From: Octopus vulgaris
Lineage: Eukaryota
Length of the DNA: 64,000 bases
Direction: 5' to 3'
NCBI GenBank assembly: GCA_951406725.2
Contig: OX597823.1
Span: forward strand, 18,166,001-18,230,000
Shown here: in pieces, positions 27,380-40,040 of the stretch
Layout: each line of letters opens with the position of its first letter
Numbering within the stretch: the first letter of the stretch is position 1
The notes under the pieces: generated by a model
What the model was told of the DNA's origin: nothing
Seen by the model: only the letters and a program-made list of their open reading frames with translations
Database searches by the model: none
Made by a program: the position numbers and the translations under genes

Positions 27380-27761
27380 GTGGAGGCGCAATGGCCCGGT
27401 GGTTAGGGCAGCGGACTCGCGGTCATAGGATCGCGGTTTCGATTCCCAGACCGGGCGTTGTAAGTGTTTATTGAGCGAAAACACCTGAAAGTTCCACGAG
27501 GCTCCGGCAGGGATGGTGGTGATCCCTGCTGTACTCTTTCACCACAACTTTCTCACTCTTACTTCCTGTTTCTGTTGTAGCTGTATTTCAAAGGGCCGGC
27601 CTTGTCACTCTCTGTGTCACGCTGAATATCCCCGAGAACTACGTTAAGGGTACACGTGTCTGTGGAGTGCTCAGCCACTTACACGTTAATTTCACGAGCA
27701 GGCTGTTCCGTTGATTCGGATCAACCGGAACCCTCGTCGTCGTAACCAACGGAGTGCTTCC
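27380..27761 (+). mobile_element. Family B SINE (tail B1), full length
   Basis: TSD ATAACGTTCACGT at 27364-27376 and 27762-27774. Confidence 0.92.
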
Positions 27762-27847
27762 ATAACGTTCACGTGACACAATGATCAAATACTATTCACA
27801 TCTGTCAATATAATGATCCCGATCTGATGACAGAATGTTCATACCTC

Positions 27848-28045
27848 TCTTTTACTTGTTTCAGTCATTTGACTGCGGCCATGCTGGAGCACCACCTTTA
27901 GTCGAGCAAATTGAACCCAGGACTTATTCTTTGTAAGACTAGTACTTATTCTATCGGGCTCTTTTTGCCGAACTGCTAAGTTACGGGGACGTAAACACAC
28001 CAGCATCGGTTGTCAAGCGATGTTGGGGGGACAAACACAGACACA

Positions 28046-28081
<36 letters not shown>

Positions 28082-28255
28082 TATATATACGATGGGCTTC
28101 TTTTCAGTTTCCGTCCACCAAATCCACTCACAAGGCTTTGGTCGGCCAGAGGCTATAGTAGAAGACACATGCCTAAAGTGCCATGCAGTGGGAATGAACC
28201 CAGAACCATGTGGTTGGTAAGCAAGCTACTTACCACACAGCCACTCCTGCGCCTA
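27848..28255 (-). mobile_element. Family A SINE, full length
   Basis: Family match. Confidence 0.88.
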
Positions 28256-28432
28256 TAACAATTTTCACATCTGTAACAATGTCCACACAGAATGTTTACA
28301 TTCGATGACAAAATGTGCACATCTAATAACATAATGTCCACGTGTGAAACAATGTTCGCGTCTCATGTTCACATCTGATAGAAGAATGATCACATACGTT
28401 GTCAGAAATTTCACATCTAGTTATATAAATCA

Positions 28433-30078
28433 CTAGCAGTATCGCCCGGCGTTGCTAGGGTTTGTAAGGGAAATAACTATATAAGCATTTTTAGAGAGTT
28501 ATAGCCAAAAAATGCATTAAAAATGGAATAAAAAATGATAGTAATTTTTCTTTTAAATCGTTGACTCATCGTAGGCATTTTTAGAGAGTTACTTCCCTTA
28601 TATAATAGCGAAAAAATGCATTAAAATGGAAAAAAATGATGGTAAATTCTTTTTAAATCGTAGACTCATCGTAGACGCGCGCTAATACCCAGAAGGGCTC
28701 GATATGAATCACGACTATAAGATACCCGGTTTTGGTTAAACTGCACCGCAAAATGTGGGAGTAGTTAGGAATCTAAATCGTAGGAGACAGACACACAACT
28801 TCACTTTTATATATAAAGATTTGTGCAACAACTAAAACATTCGGTTGTGCAAATTGTTTGCACAGGAAACCTGCCCTGTGTGGCGGTTTTTGCCGTTTTT
28901 GTGGATCTGTTTCAGCTTTTTTAGCGATTTCTGTTTTGGCGACTTCAAGCCATGAAGTCGTTGTTCTAAAAGAACGCTGGTCTCCTTGACAAAGCTTTAC
29001 GACGTTGATTTCCCTACCCTGCCTTCCCACAGCTTCACGAGGGAGGGAAGAAGGGGAGAAGCTACACAGGTGCAGGTGTGAGCATGAACGCCAACGCCGC
29101 CACCGACACACGAAAAAATTGGAAGAACCCAGACGACAGCTTCAGCCACCACCACCACCACCATCACCACCACCACCACGACCAACACCATCACCACTAC
29201 CACCATGACCAACACCACTACTACGCCCATGACCATCACCACCACCATCGCCACCACCATCACGAAGACCACCACGACCACCACCATCATCACCACCACC
29301 ACGACCACCACCATCATCACCACCCCCACCACCACGACCACCACCAACAACAACAACAACACCACCACCACAAACACGACGACCATCACGACCACGACCA
29401 CCATCACCACTACCAGCACCACCGCCACCACCGCTGCCACTACCACCGCCTCCACCACCACCATACTATGCCTCTGCTCTCTCCTTTTGGCTACTAAATC
29501 CATTACCATATTTCACAAGTACCATCGCCATACAATATTGCCTTCAAAAGTTTGTTTGGATAATATTTTTAAGCAAAAGTTGTGCACGGGAAGCCTTCCC
29601 TGTGTGGCGTGTTTCCCGATTTTGTAGAATTTGCTTTCGGGCTTTCTTAGCCATTTCTGTTTTGGTGTCTCCAAGCAATGAAGTCGTTGTTCTAAAAGAA
29701 CGCTGGTCTCCTTGACAACGCTTTACGACGTTGATTTCCTTACACTCCCTTCCCCACAGCTTCACGAGGGAGGGAAGAAGAGGGAGAAGCAACACAAGTG
29801 CAGGTGTGAGCATGGAAGCCAACTCCGCCGCCATCGACACACGAAAAAATTGGAAGAACCCAAAAAAATATGCTTTAAAATGGAAAAAAATGATGGTAAA
29901 TTATTTTTAAAATCGTAGACTCATCGTAGACGCACGCTAATACCCAGAAGGGCTCGATATGAATCACGACTATAAGATACCCGGTTTTGGTTAAACTGCA
30001 CCGCAAAATGTGGGAGTAGTTAGGAATCTAAATCGTAGGAGACAGACACTCACACAACTTCACTTTTATATATATAGA
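28433..30078 (-). mobile_element. Composite Helitron: two 5' termini, ~1 kb cargo, one 3' hairpin/CTAG
   Basis: 5' TC ends at 30078 and 28819; 3' CTAG at 28433; cargo holds a diverged ~275-bp duplication (28858-29131, 29582-29862) around a (CAC)n tract. Confidence 0.8.
29145..29465. repeat. Imperfect (CAC/CAT/GAC)n trinucleotide tract
   Basis: Directly visible; source of the poly-H/T/V ORFs. Confidence 0.93.
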
Positions 30079-30304
30079 TATAAAATATCAAGATGCAATG
30101 TTCACATTATAAGATGCAATGTTCACGTTTGATTAGGTAACTTTTACACGGAAAATGTTCACAGATGCACACACAGTAAATAGAAAAAATTTATTTGAAA
30201 ATTAATTTTCTGCAACGAGAACAATGTAGCCGTCGACGACGACGATTATAGCGGTGTTGGTTGTGTTGGTGGCGGCGGCGGTGGGGGGGAGGAGAATGCG
30301 TCAG

Positions 30305-30600
30305 AAACCATGATGAGGGGGAGGGGAGAGAGATGAAGGGAGGGAGAGGAGGATGGATGGGGAGGAGGGATGGGGGGGAGGAGGGAGATGAGGGGAGGGG
30401 GGGAGAAGAAGAGGAGGGGAGAGGGGGAGAAAAGGGGAGAGAGGAGAAGAGACTAGGAGGGGTGGAGAGGAGAAGAGGAGGGAGAGGAGGGAGAGGAGGG
30501 GCGAAGGAGGAGGAGAAGACAATAATGAAAGGAGGATTAAGAGGAGGAGTGGGAAGAGAATGGCAGAAGAGGGGTGGAATAAGGAGGAGACGAAGGTAGA
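30305..30600. repeat. Purine-rich (GGA/GAG) low-complexity tract
   Basis: Directly visible. Confidence 0.9.
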
Positions 30601-31035
30601 AATGGCGAAAGAAGCAGAGAGAAGGGAATATTGAAAAATCCCATTAGTAACGAGTTCAATTGACATATTCTGAAATGTTGAATGGTAAAGTATGTCATTG
30701 CAAAGAACAGACGCCCTGCACCGATTCCATGTGGAAGACACACCCAGAACATGTCAAACAAATATATCTTCTTTCACAAAGAAAATATAGAAAAAGAATA
30801 AGAAGTATTGGATTGTTTATCAACCAAAACATAGAGGATATCACATGGTGTCCTCTGGGTATCATAATGATATGGTATTATAAGACACATGGGACGAAAG
30901 AAAAGAGAAAACACCCGATATGAAGATGAGGCGTTGCTCCATTGAAAAATTGCCAAAACAATGTTTGATGACATGAGTCAAATATTGAATTGCATATTAA
31001 TACCTTTAATGGAAAGAAACGAAGGAAAAGGCTTG

Positions 31036-31110
<75 letters not shown>

Positions 31111-31423
31111 CATATAATATATATATATATATATAAATTAACAATTGAGGATAAAATCTTTAAAAGAAATTATCAGTAGTTAGCGTGAAAAACCTCGTAA
31201 GAGAAAAAATCCGTAAATTTTTCCACTTTGAAAATATTTATCTATATTATATTGAGGGTACTACTATTCGTAGATACCAGACGCTAAGAGGGACCAATGC
31301 GGTCAAAACTACTAAAATAAACAAAATTTTACCGAATGCAAAACTTCAAAGCAAATCATTTAAAAAAAGAATTTAGTTACATATCACCTGTGATTTCGCA
31401 ATTAATATATATATTTATATATA

Positions 31424-31648
31424 CTTTATTTAAAGCAGCAGCAAATTCAACAAAACCTGTTACTCTGAGTTTCTCGTTGCCCTTCATCGGACATTCTAGC
31501 AAAAACTGTCCGATGAACGGCAACGGGAAACTCAGAGTAACAGGTTTTGTTGAATTTTCTGCTGCTTTAAATAAAGCATATTACTCTACCACTGGTATTT
31601 GAGTACTCTTTTTTCCACCTTGTTTCACATTTATGTGTTTACTCCGGT
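31424..31648 (+). mobile_element. Penelope-like terminal repeat in fold-back form with hammerhead motif
   Basis: 70-bp inverted arms 31424-31493 and 31507-31576; ctgt CCGATGA acggcaacgg GAAA ctcagag TA acag; same family as 38040-38336. Confidence 0.72.
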
Positions 31649-31658
31649 ATATATATAT

Positions 31659-32050
31659 ATATTATATATAAAACTGTAGTTGTGTGAGTGTCTGTCCCCT
31701 TCGATTTAGATTCCTAACTACTCCCACATTTTGCGGTGCAGTTTAACCAAAACCGGGTATCTTATAGTTGTGATTCATATCGAGCCCTTCTGGGTATTAG
31801 CGCTTGTCTACGATGAGTCTACGATTTTAAAAATAATTTACCATCATTTTTTTCCATTTTCATGCATATTTTTTTAAAGGAAGTAACTCTCTAAAAATGT
31901 CTACGATGAGTCAACGATTTAAAAAAAAAATTACCATCATATTTTTTCCATATTTAATGCATTTTTTGGTTATTTTTTGGCTATAACTCTCTAAAAATGC
32001 TGTATAGTTATTTCCCTTACAAACCCGAGCAACGCCGGGCGATACTGCTA

Positions 32051-32051
<1 letters not shown>
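31659..32051 (+). mobile_element. Non-autonomous Helitron (same family as 13630)
   Basis: 3' hairpin CCCGAGCAACGCCGGG then CTAG|T at 32048-32052; 5' end blurred into (TA)n. Confidence 0.85.
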
Positions 32052-32113
<62 letters not shown>

Positions 32114-32559
32114 CATACATAAATAGTTAGTGAATTATATAACCCGTTTCTATACATGGCATGAATATGGTATTGATGAATAGGTGTCGGTGTTGGCGGT
32201 GCGTCTCTTCGATGCTTGCTTCTTTGGAGCACAATGATTGGAACACTTCTGGTTCATCTAATAATGTGTTGTTGTTATCGTTGTTGTTGTTGTTGTAACT
32301 GTTGTTGTTGCTGTCTTTTTCTTCTTCTTCTTCATCGTCTTCTTTTTCTTCTTCATCGTCTTCTTCTTCTTCTTCTTCTTCTTCTTCTTCTTCTTCTTCT
32401 TCTTCCAATCAGGACTCACGCCATTATTAGCCACAAAGAATAATCTCTAATTCGAGCCTACTCTAAGCTACTAAGAATTCGTGTGGAAACTTGAAGTATC
32501 CACCCACCACACGTGATAGAAGGGCACGGAAGCTACGTTGTTATCCTCATTCGGTAAAC

Positions 32560-32810
32560 GTAGGCTTTTTTAACGGGTGGAGAGCTGAACCATCCTGGGG
32601 TACAGAGGATTCGCAATCTAGACTAGGGTCTGAAAGTTTACCACACCATAGTGGATTACATCATGGTCCCTCTGCTTTGTGGCAGAAGTAGGAAGTACGA
32701 GTGAGAGAATGTTGTGATGAAAGAGTACAGCGGGATTCACCACCCTTCCCCGCTGGAGCCTCGTGGAGCTTAGGTGTGTTTGGCTCAATAAACACGCCAT
32801 TGCGCCTCTA
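32560..32810 (-). mobile_element. Diverged family B SINE with another tail (B4)
   Basis: B body recognisable at 32700-32808; different 3' segment, boundary uncertain. Confidence 0.6.
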
Positions 32811-33034
32811 CAGCTTCAGCTGTTGCTGCTACTGTTGCTGCTGTTGTTTAGCTCCAGTTCAACACTCAATGACGAAATCTATAGCCAAAGACGTCCCACT
32901 TTATTAACACTATGTCTTTGTAAGACTATATTATCGGATGTAACAGAGAGGGCTATTTGGAACTGTATACTGCTTTTGTTGCATATAACGTCTTTATATT
33001 TAGCCGGTCGGTTAACCGCAACATCAGTGAATTT

Positions 33035-33504
33035 TCTTCTGCTTCTTCTTCTTCTCTTTTTCTTCTTCTTCTTCTCCTTCTTCTTCTTCTTTTTCTTCTT
33101 CTTTTTCTTCTTCTTCTTCTTCTTCCCCTTCTTCTTCTTCTTCTTCTTCTTCTTCTTCTCCTCCTTCTTCTTCTTCTTCTTCTTCTTCTTCTTCTTCTTC
33201 TTCTTCTTCTTCTTCTTCTTCTCCTCCTCCTTCTTCTTCTTCTTCTTCTTCTCCTTCTTCTTCTTTTTCTTCTTCTTCATCCTCTTCTTCTTCTTCTTCT
33301 TCTTCTTCTTCTCTTCTTCTTCTTCTTCTTCTTCTTCTTCTTCTTCTTCTTTTTCTTCTTCTCCTTCTTCTTCTTTCTTCTTCTTTTTCTTCTTCTTCTT
33401 CTTCTCCTTCTTCTTCTTTTACTTCATCCTCTTCTTCTCCTTCTTCTTCTTCTCCTTCTTCTTCTTTTTCTTCTTCTTCTTCATCCTCTTCTTCTTCTTC
33501 TTCT

Positions 33505-33533
<29 letters not shown>
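33035..33533. repeat. (CTT)n tract ending in (CTG)n
   Basis: Directly visible. Confidence 0.97.
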
Positions 33534-33535
<2 letters not shown>

Positions 33536-34062
33536 GATGAATTTCCTTAGCTATTGATATATTTGCATTTTCAAATACAATGAATCCATCAGATGAATAT
33601 TCTGGACGAACACTGCAGTTAATTTGCCTTTTTTTTTTTTGCAAAGTATTTGCATTAAGTACAATACACAGGTGGCTATTTTAATCTAATGCGTGTTCTA
33701 AGACGTTGTGGTGTGATTTGTTTGAGATTAAAGCACTTTTTTGTGCCAAGTCGAGTGAGCAGTTCAGCCGGACCAATCATGAATATTATGAAATGATAAA
33801 ATGTAAGCTCCACCACGGTGAGAATTGAACTTGGAGAATAAGCAGACGTGATCATATGGTGCAAGATATGTTTATCTGATGCTCTATTAATTCTACCAGC
33901 GACTGCAATTCCAATGTAGACATTGATGGTCCAGGACCTCTTATAAACTGCACTAATTTACGAGCAGGACCTTCAAATTACCGCCATCGCAGCGTACTGA
34001 TTAGTACTTTGAGTGCACTGATTAGTACTTTGAGTGGTACAGTATCAATAAATTTGTATCAT

Positions 34063-34419
34063 AAGGTGGCGAGATAGCAGAAACGTTAGCACGCTGGGCG
34101 AAATGCTTAGCGGTATTTCGTCTGTCTTTAGGTTCTGAGTTCAAATTCCGCCGAAGTGCACTTTGCCTTTCATCCTCTCAGGGTCGATAAATTAAGTACC
34201 AGTTGCATACTGGGGTTGATCTAATTGATTGACTCCCATTCCTAAAAATTTCGGGCCTTGTGCCTAGAGTAGAAAAGATTCTCGTTTAGGCGGTGAGGTC
34301 GACTTTGCCTTTCATCCTTTCGAGGTCGATAAATTAAGTACCAGTTGCGCACTGGAGTCGATCTAATTCACTGGCCCCCCTCTCCCAAAATTTCGGGCCT
34401 TATGCCTAGAGTAGAAACG
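34063..34419 (+). mobile_element. Family C SINE dimer within one TSD
   Basis: Full unit plus second body/tail; perfect TSD AATAAATTTGTATCAT at 34047-34062 and 34420-34435. Confidence 0.87.
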
Positions 34420-34989
34420 AATAAATTTGTATCATTTATACTAATATACAGGTACCTGTATTTCATTTATTTATTTAAATAAATTTAATATTTGCTTAAT
34501 TTGGAGGTGATCTTAGGTTCAGCAAAAAAAAAAAAAAAAAAATACAGAACAAAAACAGCAATCGGGGGGAAAAAAAACAGTAATCCGGAAAAGCTTTGGG
34601 ACAAAAGGTCCCGGAAAATCGTTGATGTACCAATACTTAAAAAAGTTTGTAGTAGCTTTGGAATAATCCGCATCAACAGCCACATATTTCAAAAGAAAAT
34701 ATATATACTTTTCGAGGGTACAAATTAGCACTTTCATATTTATATTTTACAAATATGGTTGGGTAATGGGTAATATTTTAATTTTCGGGCATTGAATAAC
34801 TTCTACGTGTGACATTCGTGAAAGTGGGCTGCCACTAAAATAAATAAATAAACAAAAAATTTAATAAATAAAATCGGAAAATCTCCTAGACTGCTTATTT
34901 TGCTATTATTGTTGTTTTACAACATTTTTGGAATATATGCTTCGTAACTTACACTTAGATCTAACACTGTTGATTAAAAGATATAGGAG

Positions 34990-35656
<667 letters not shown>

Positions 35657-35767
35657 CTATATTTGTGACAGCGTCAGTGTTAACACATATATTCCACTTT
35701 GATATACGTGTGCGTGCGCATGTGGATGTGTGTGTTTGTGCGTGTGTGTACGTGTTTATGTTTATGC

Positions 35768-35801
<34 letters not shown>

Positions 35802-36154
35802 ACTGTATGCGTGTATGTGTGTATGTCTGTATGCGTTTGCATGTGTTGTAAAAGTCTGTGTTGTAAAAGTACACAACACATGTCTAACATATATTTTATA
35901 CATTCATGCACGTAAGCTAAAAATATGTATCTTTGCCAGCCGTATATCGTAGGAGACCATGGGTAGGTGCCTGGAAGGTTTTGTTTCGGTCTACGTGGGC
36001 AGAATACAGAAATGCGACACATTAAAGTAAGGAGCCAGAACCGATACCGGAAAGTATGTCGTTCGCAGCTCTGTTCTACCATTGAGGGGATTTATAAAGA
36101 AATATATACATATATAGTTAAACCATTTATATCTTGAAGTCTTATATATATATA

Positions 36155-36515
36155 TGTGTGGTAAGTAGCTTGTCTACCAACCACATGGTTCCGGGTTCAG
36201 TCCCACTGCGTGGCACCTTGGGCAAGTGTCTTCTACTATAGCCTCGGGCCGACCAAAGCCTTGTGAGTGGATTTGGTAGACTGAAACTGAAAGAAGCCCG
36301 TCGTATGTGCTCGTCGCACGCATATGTGCGTGTATGTTTGTGTCTGTGTTTGTGCCCCTGGCATTGCTTGACAACCGATGCTGGTGTATTTATGTCTCCG
36401 TCACTTAGCGGTTCGGCAAAAGAGACCGATAGAATAAGTACTGGGCTTACAAAGAATAAGTCCCGGCGGTGCACCAGTATGACCGCAGTCAAAATGACTG
36501 AAACAAGTAAAAAAA
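36155..36515 (+). mobile_element. Family A SINE
   Basis: Family match. Confidence 0.85.
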
Positions 36516-36529
36516 AATAATAAATAAAA

Positions 36530-36611
<82 letters not shown>

Positions 36612-36639
36612 TGTATGTATGTATGTATGTATGTATGCT

Positions 36640-36882
36640 GAGACCTCCTTCGGTCATGACTGACCATGGCACAAATCCGGGCAAGGTTGTTTACAGAAGA
36701 CCAGCAGCGCCCATGCATACCAGCCACTGATGTTATCCCATGAAAAGGCCAAGGTCGATACAGCTTGGCACCTGTGACGTCGCAACTCATTTCTACAGCT
36801 GAGTGAACTGGAGCAACGTGAAATAAAGTGTCTTGCTCAATAACACAACACGCAGCCCGGTCCGGGATTCGAACTCACACCT
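36640..36882 (-). mobile_element. Family D SINE, partial
   Basis: Matches 19255-19587. Confidence 0.8.
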
Positions 36883-36932
36883 CTCGGTCACTTTTGCCGT
36901 ACCCTTGTACGGTTGTTAAGGGATGGTTGAAA

Positions 36933-37168
36933 GACAAACACAGACACAAACACACACACACACACACACGCACACACACGCACGCACGCACACGCACACA
37001 CACACACACACACATATATATATGGCGGGCTTCTTTCAGTTTCCTTCTACCAAATCAACTCACAAGTCTTTGGTGGGCCCAGGTTATAGTAGAAGACACT
37101 TACCCACGGTGCCACACAGAACCATGTGGTTGGGAAACAAGATTCTTAGCACATAGCCACGCCTGCAC
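36933..37168 (-). mobile_element. Family A SINE, partial and diverged
   Basis: Family match. Confidence 0.75.
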
Positions 37169-37169
37169 C

Positions 37170-37214
<45 letters not shown>

Positions 37215-37216
<2 letters not shown>

Positions 37217-37431
37217 CAAAACGAAGGCTGGATGAGTATCTCAAGTCATTTAGTATATCAAAGTAAAGTGAATGGAGAAGTAGAAGTAATTAATGCCTTA
37301 CAGCTGTTTCTGGGATTTCTCAGAAACAGCTGTAAGACATTAATTACTTCTACTTCGCCATTTTTTTATTCACCTTATTGTAATGAAAAATTCTAAATGA
37401 CCTGAGATACTCGTCCTCCCTTCGTTTTGTT
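37215..37431. repeat. Imperfect fold-back, probably a Penelope-like terminus
   Basis: Arms centred on TTACAGCTGTTTCTG...CAGAAACAGCTGTAA; GAAACAGCTGTA is the 3' half of the hammerhead motif seen at 62329-62368. Confidence 0.65.
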
Positions 37432-37584
37432 GCCCATCTTCCTTTAATATATACCTGCTGAATCGGGAGCCTATTACAGATACCTAGCTCCAGCCCCGGC
37501 TGTGAACTTAGAACCTATCTGATGACCAGTTACACTTAGCAGCGTACCTATTGGTTTAGATCATCAGTGATCTAAATATATGAT

Positions 37585-37980
37585 AGGCGCAGGAGTGGCT
37601 TTGTGGTAAGTAGCTTGCTTACCAGCCACATGCTTCCGGGTTCAGTCCCACTGCGTGGCACCTTGGGCAAGTGTCTTCTACTATAACCTCGGCCGACCAA
37701 AGCCTTTTGGGTGGATTTGGTAGATGGAAACTGAAAGAAACCCGCCATATATATATGTATGTATGTGTGTATGTTGGTGTGTCTGTGTTTGTCCCCCACT
37801 CAGCAACCCTGGACAATTGATGGTGGTGTGTTTACGTACCCGTAACTTAGCGGTTCGGCAAAAGGGAACGATAGAACTAGGTTTACAAAGAATATTTCTT
37901 GGGGTCGATTTGCTCGACTAAAGGCAGTGAACCAGCATGCCCACCGTCAAATTAATGAGACAAGTAAAAGAATAAAAGAT
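37585..37980 (+). mobile_element. Family A SINE, full length
   Basis: Family match. Confidence 0.87.
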
Positions 37981-37982
37981 AG

Positions 37983-38039
<57 letters not shown>

Positions 38040-38041
<2 letters not shown>

Positions 38042-38336
38042 CGGAGTAAACACATAAATGTGAAACAAGGTGGAAAAAAAAAAAGAGTACTCAAATACCA
38101 GTGGTAGAGTAATATGCTTTATTTTAAGCAGCAGAAAATTCAACAAAATCTGTTACTCTGAGTTTCTCGTTGCCGTTCATCAGACAGTTTTTGCTAGAAT
38201 GGAACATATATATTAATTCAATCTATATAGATTGAATTAATATATATGTTCCATTCTAGCAAAAACTGTCTGATGAACGGCAACGAGAAACTCAGAGTAA
38301 CAGATTTTGTTGAATTTTCTGCTGCTTAAAATAAAG
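38040..38336. mobile_element. Penelope-like terminus forming a perfect 220-bp palindrome (38117-38336)
   Basis: Spacer-less inverted repeat centred at 38226/38227; one hammerhead motif per arm. Confidence 0.8.
38266..38303 (+). ncRNA. Minimal type I hammerhead ribozyme motif (mirror copy on minus strand, 38150-38187)
   Basis: ctgt CTGATGA acggcaacga GAAA ctc-a-gag TA acag: intact core boxes, stem I ctgt/acag, near-palindromic stem III, GUA triplet; stem II weak. Confidence 0.65.
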
Positions 38337-38354
38337 TATATATATATATAGGTT

Positions 38355-38985
38355 AAAAATATGCGGAAAACATATATAAAAAGTGGAAAAGAAATGCCTT
38401 CGTTTAACATAGTTTAATATCTTTTTATGAAGAAGTTTTTTAATATTTACTTATTTTATGGATCTAGCTATATCCAACTGGTTTTCGCTACTTAAATTAG
38501 CTTTTCAATACAGGCAGATAGCCCTGAGTGACAATATCGACAAATGCGCAAAAAATTAAATGCCGAATTTCCATATCTTTCCATTATACCAATACAAAGA
38601 TTCAATCTCCTTACAAGAATGCCTAAGCAAGGAAAACTTGTTCATACAAAAGTACAGACCACACCTTAATATACAAACTTGACGACTTCAAAAATTATAC
38701 TGAGAATTTAGTTGTCCCCCTTGCCACCCGTTACCTCCCTTGGTTCACTCTCTAGGCTCATTCTTATTTTGCAAGAATACAAAATCGCAAGACTCCGTTG
38801 TTACAAGAAATGATTACTTCACAATAACCCTTGAAAAGCTAATTCAAATAGCAAAGACTGGTTGGGTATCTCTACATCCATAAAATATGTATATATCTTT
38901 AAAAACTTCTTTATAAAACGATAGCAAACTATATGAAACGAAGGCATTTCTCGTCCAATTTTTATATAAGTTTTCCACATATTTT
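38355..38985 (+). mobile_element. Penelope-like 3' relic with inverted terminal repeats
   Basis: Diverged ~155-bp inverted repeats (38355-38508, 38831-38985) enclose YRQIALSDNIDKC..*..FHIFPLYQ...KENLFIQKYRPHLN* (38506-38682), resembling the C-terminus of the Penelope GIY-YIG endonuclease. Confidence 0.75.
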
Positions 38986-39074
38986 CAACTCATAATTTTT
39001 CCACGTGGTGTATACTGAATCTCCAGTATTTTTTTTCTCCTTTTACATATATATATATATATACAACATGTATG

Positions 39075-39147
<73 letters not shown>

Positions 39148-39153
<6 letters not shown>

Positions 39154-39256
39154 AACTTCGACTGTACATGTACTGAAATTGGAACGACACAGAGAAGATT
39201 AGCATGGACCTTGCGCAAAGATGACATGCAAACCCGTAAATGGTCCCATATTGTTT
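39148..39256 (+). pseudogene. RNU6: U6 snRNA pseudogene, full length and diverged
   Basis: GTGC...CTTCG...ACATGTACTGAAATTGGAACGACACAGAGAAGATTAGCATGGACCTTGCGCAAAGATGACATGCAAA...CCATATTGTTT is collinear with U6 including the ACAGAGA box; microsatellite instead of a promoter upstream. Confidence 0.92.
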
Positions 39257-39790
39257 CAAGACCATGCCCCAGCATGGCCGCTGTCTAATGACTGGAACAA
39301 GTAAAAAGGTAAAAACAACACGTATATGCACACATGTATATTGCGTGCGTGCGCGCGCACACATGCGTGAACATTTGTGTCTGAACATCTGACAAGGTGA
39401 ACTTATCCTACGCTGACGAAACTTTAAGTAATATGAGACTGTTAGTAAATGTCCATAACAGTCAATAATATTAAAACTGTGCATCAAACAAATTCAAACA
39501 AATTGATGCACAGTTTTAATATTATTGACTGTTATGAAGATTTAAACCTGTCAACATCGAAATTTTTAAACATGTTTGTCTAACTCGTAATTCTAAATTT
39601 GTCTGTTATGAACATTTAAATTTATCAACATTGAAACTTTTTAAAGATGCTTTTCTAATTCGTAATTCTAAATGTTTACCATTGATCAACAAAAAATATT
39701 GTTGAAACTAGTTTGGTATATATGTAAATACATTTACTTTAAACAATTACAAGTTTTTCAAATTTAGGTGCATTTTCAACAACAAATTTA

Positions 39791-39854
<64 letters not shown>

Positions 39855-40040
39855 AAGTTAATCCAAACATGAAAACACAAAGAGAAAACGCAACAACGCG
39901 AGGACGTGCAACAAGGATAGTGTTATTGAACGCTCAGGAATGAAAGGAAGAAGGAGGATTCAACGTTTCGGGCGGAGCTCTTAGTCAGAAACATAGGAAA
40001 AGGAAAGATCCAGAGAACGGAAGGCGGTACACACGCGGTC
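39855..40040 (-). mobile_element. Penelope-like terminal repeat, diverged
   Basis: Minus CTGACTAAGAGCTCCGCCCGAAACGTT hammerhead-like motif; shares CGCTCAGGAAT with the 8720 family. Confidence 0.6.

Noticed and set aside
28997-29627. Histidine-rich or mucin-like protein
   Set aside because: Trinucleotide tract open in several frames on both strands, inside Helitron cargo; no gene structure seen
30600-31000. Coding-like stretch, possible transposase relic
   Set aside because: Stops in all frames and no diagnostic motif recognised
32763-33644. Poly-E/K/F/L ORFs
   Set aside because: (CTT)n microsatellite
39148-39256. Functional U6 gene
   Set aside because: Many substitutions, no upstream PSE/TATA (microsatellite instead) and an interrupted terminator
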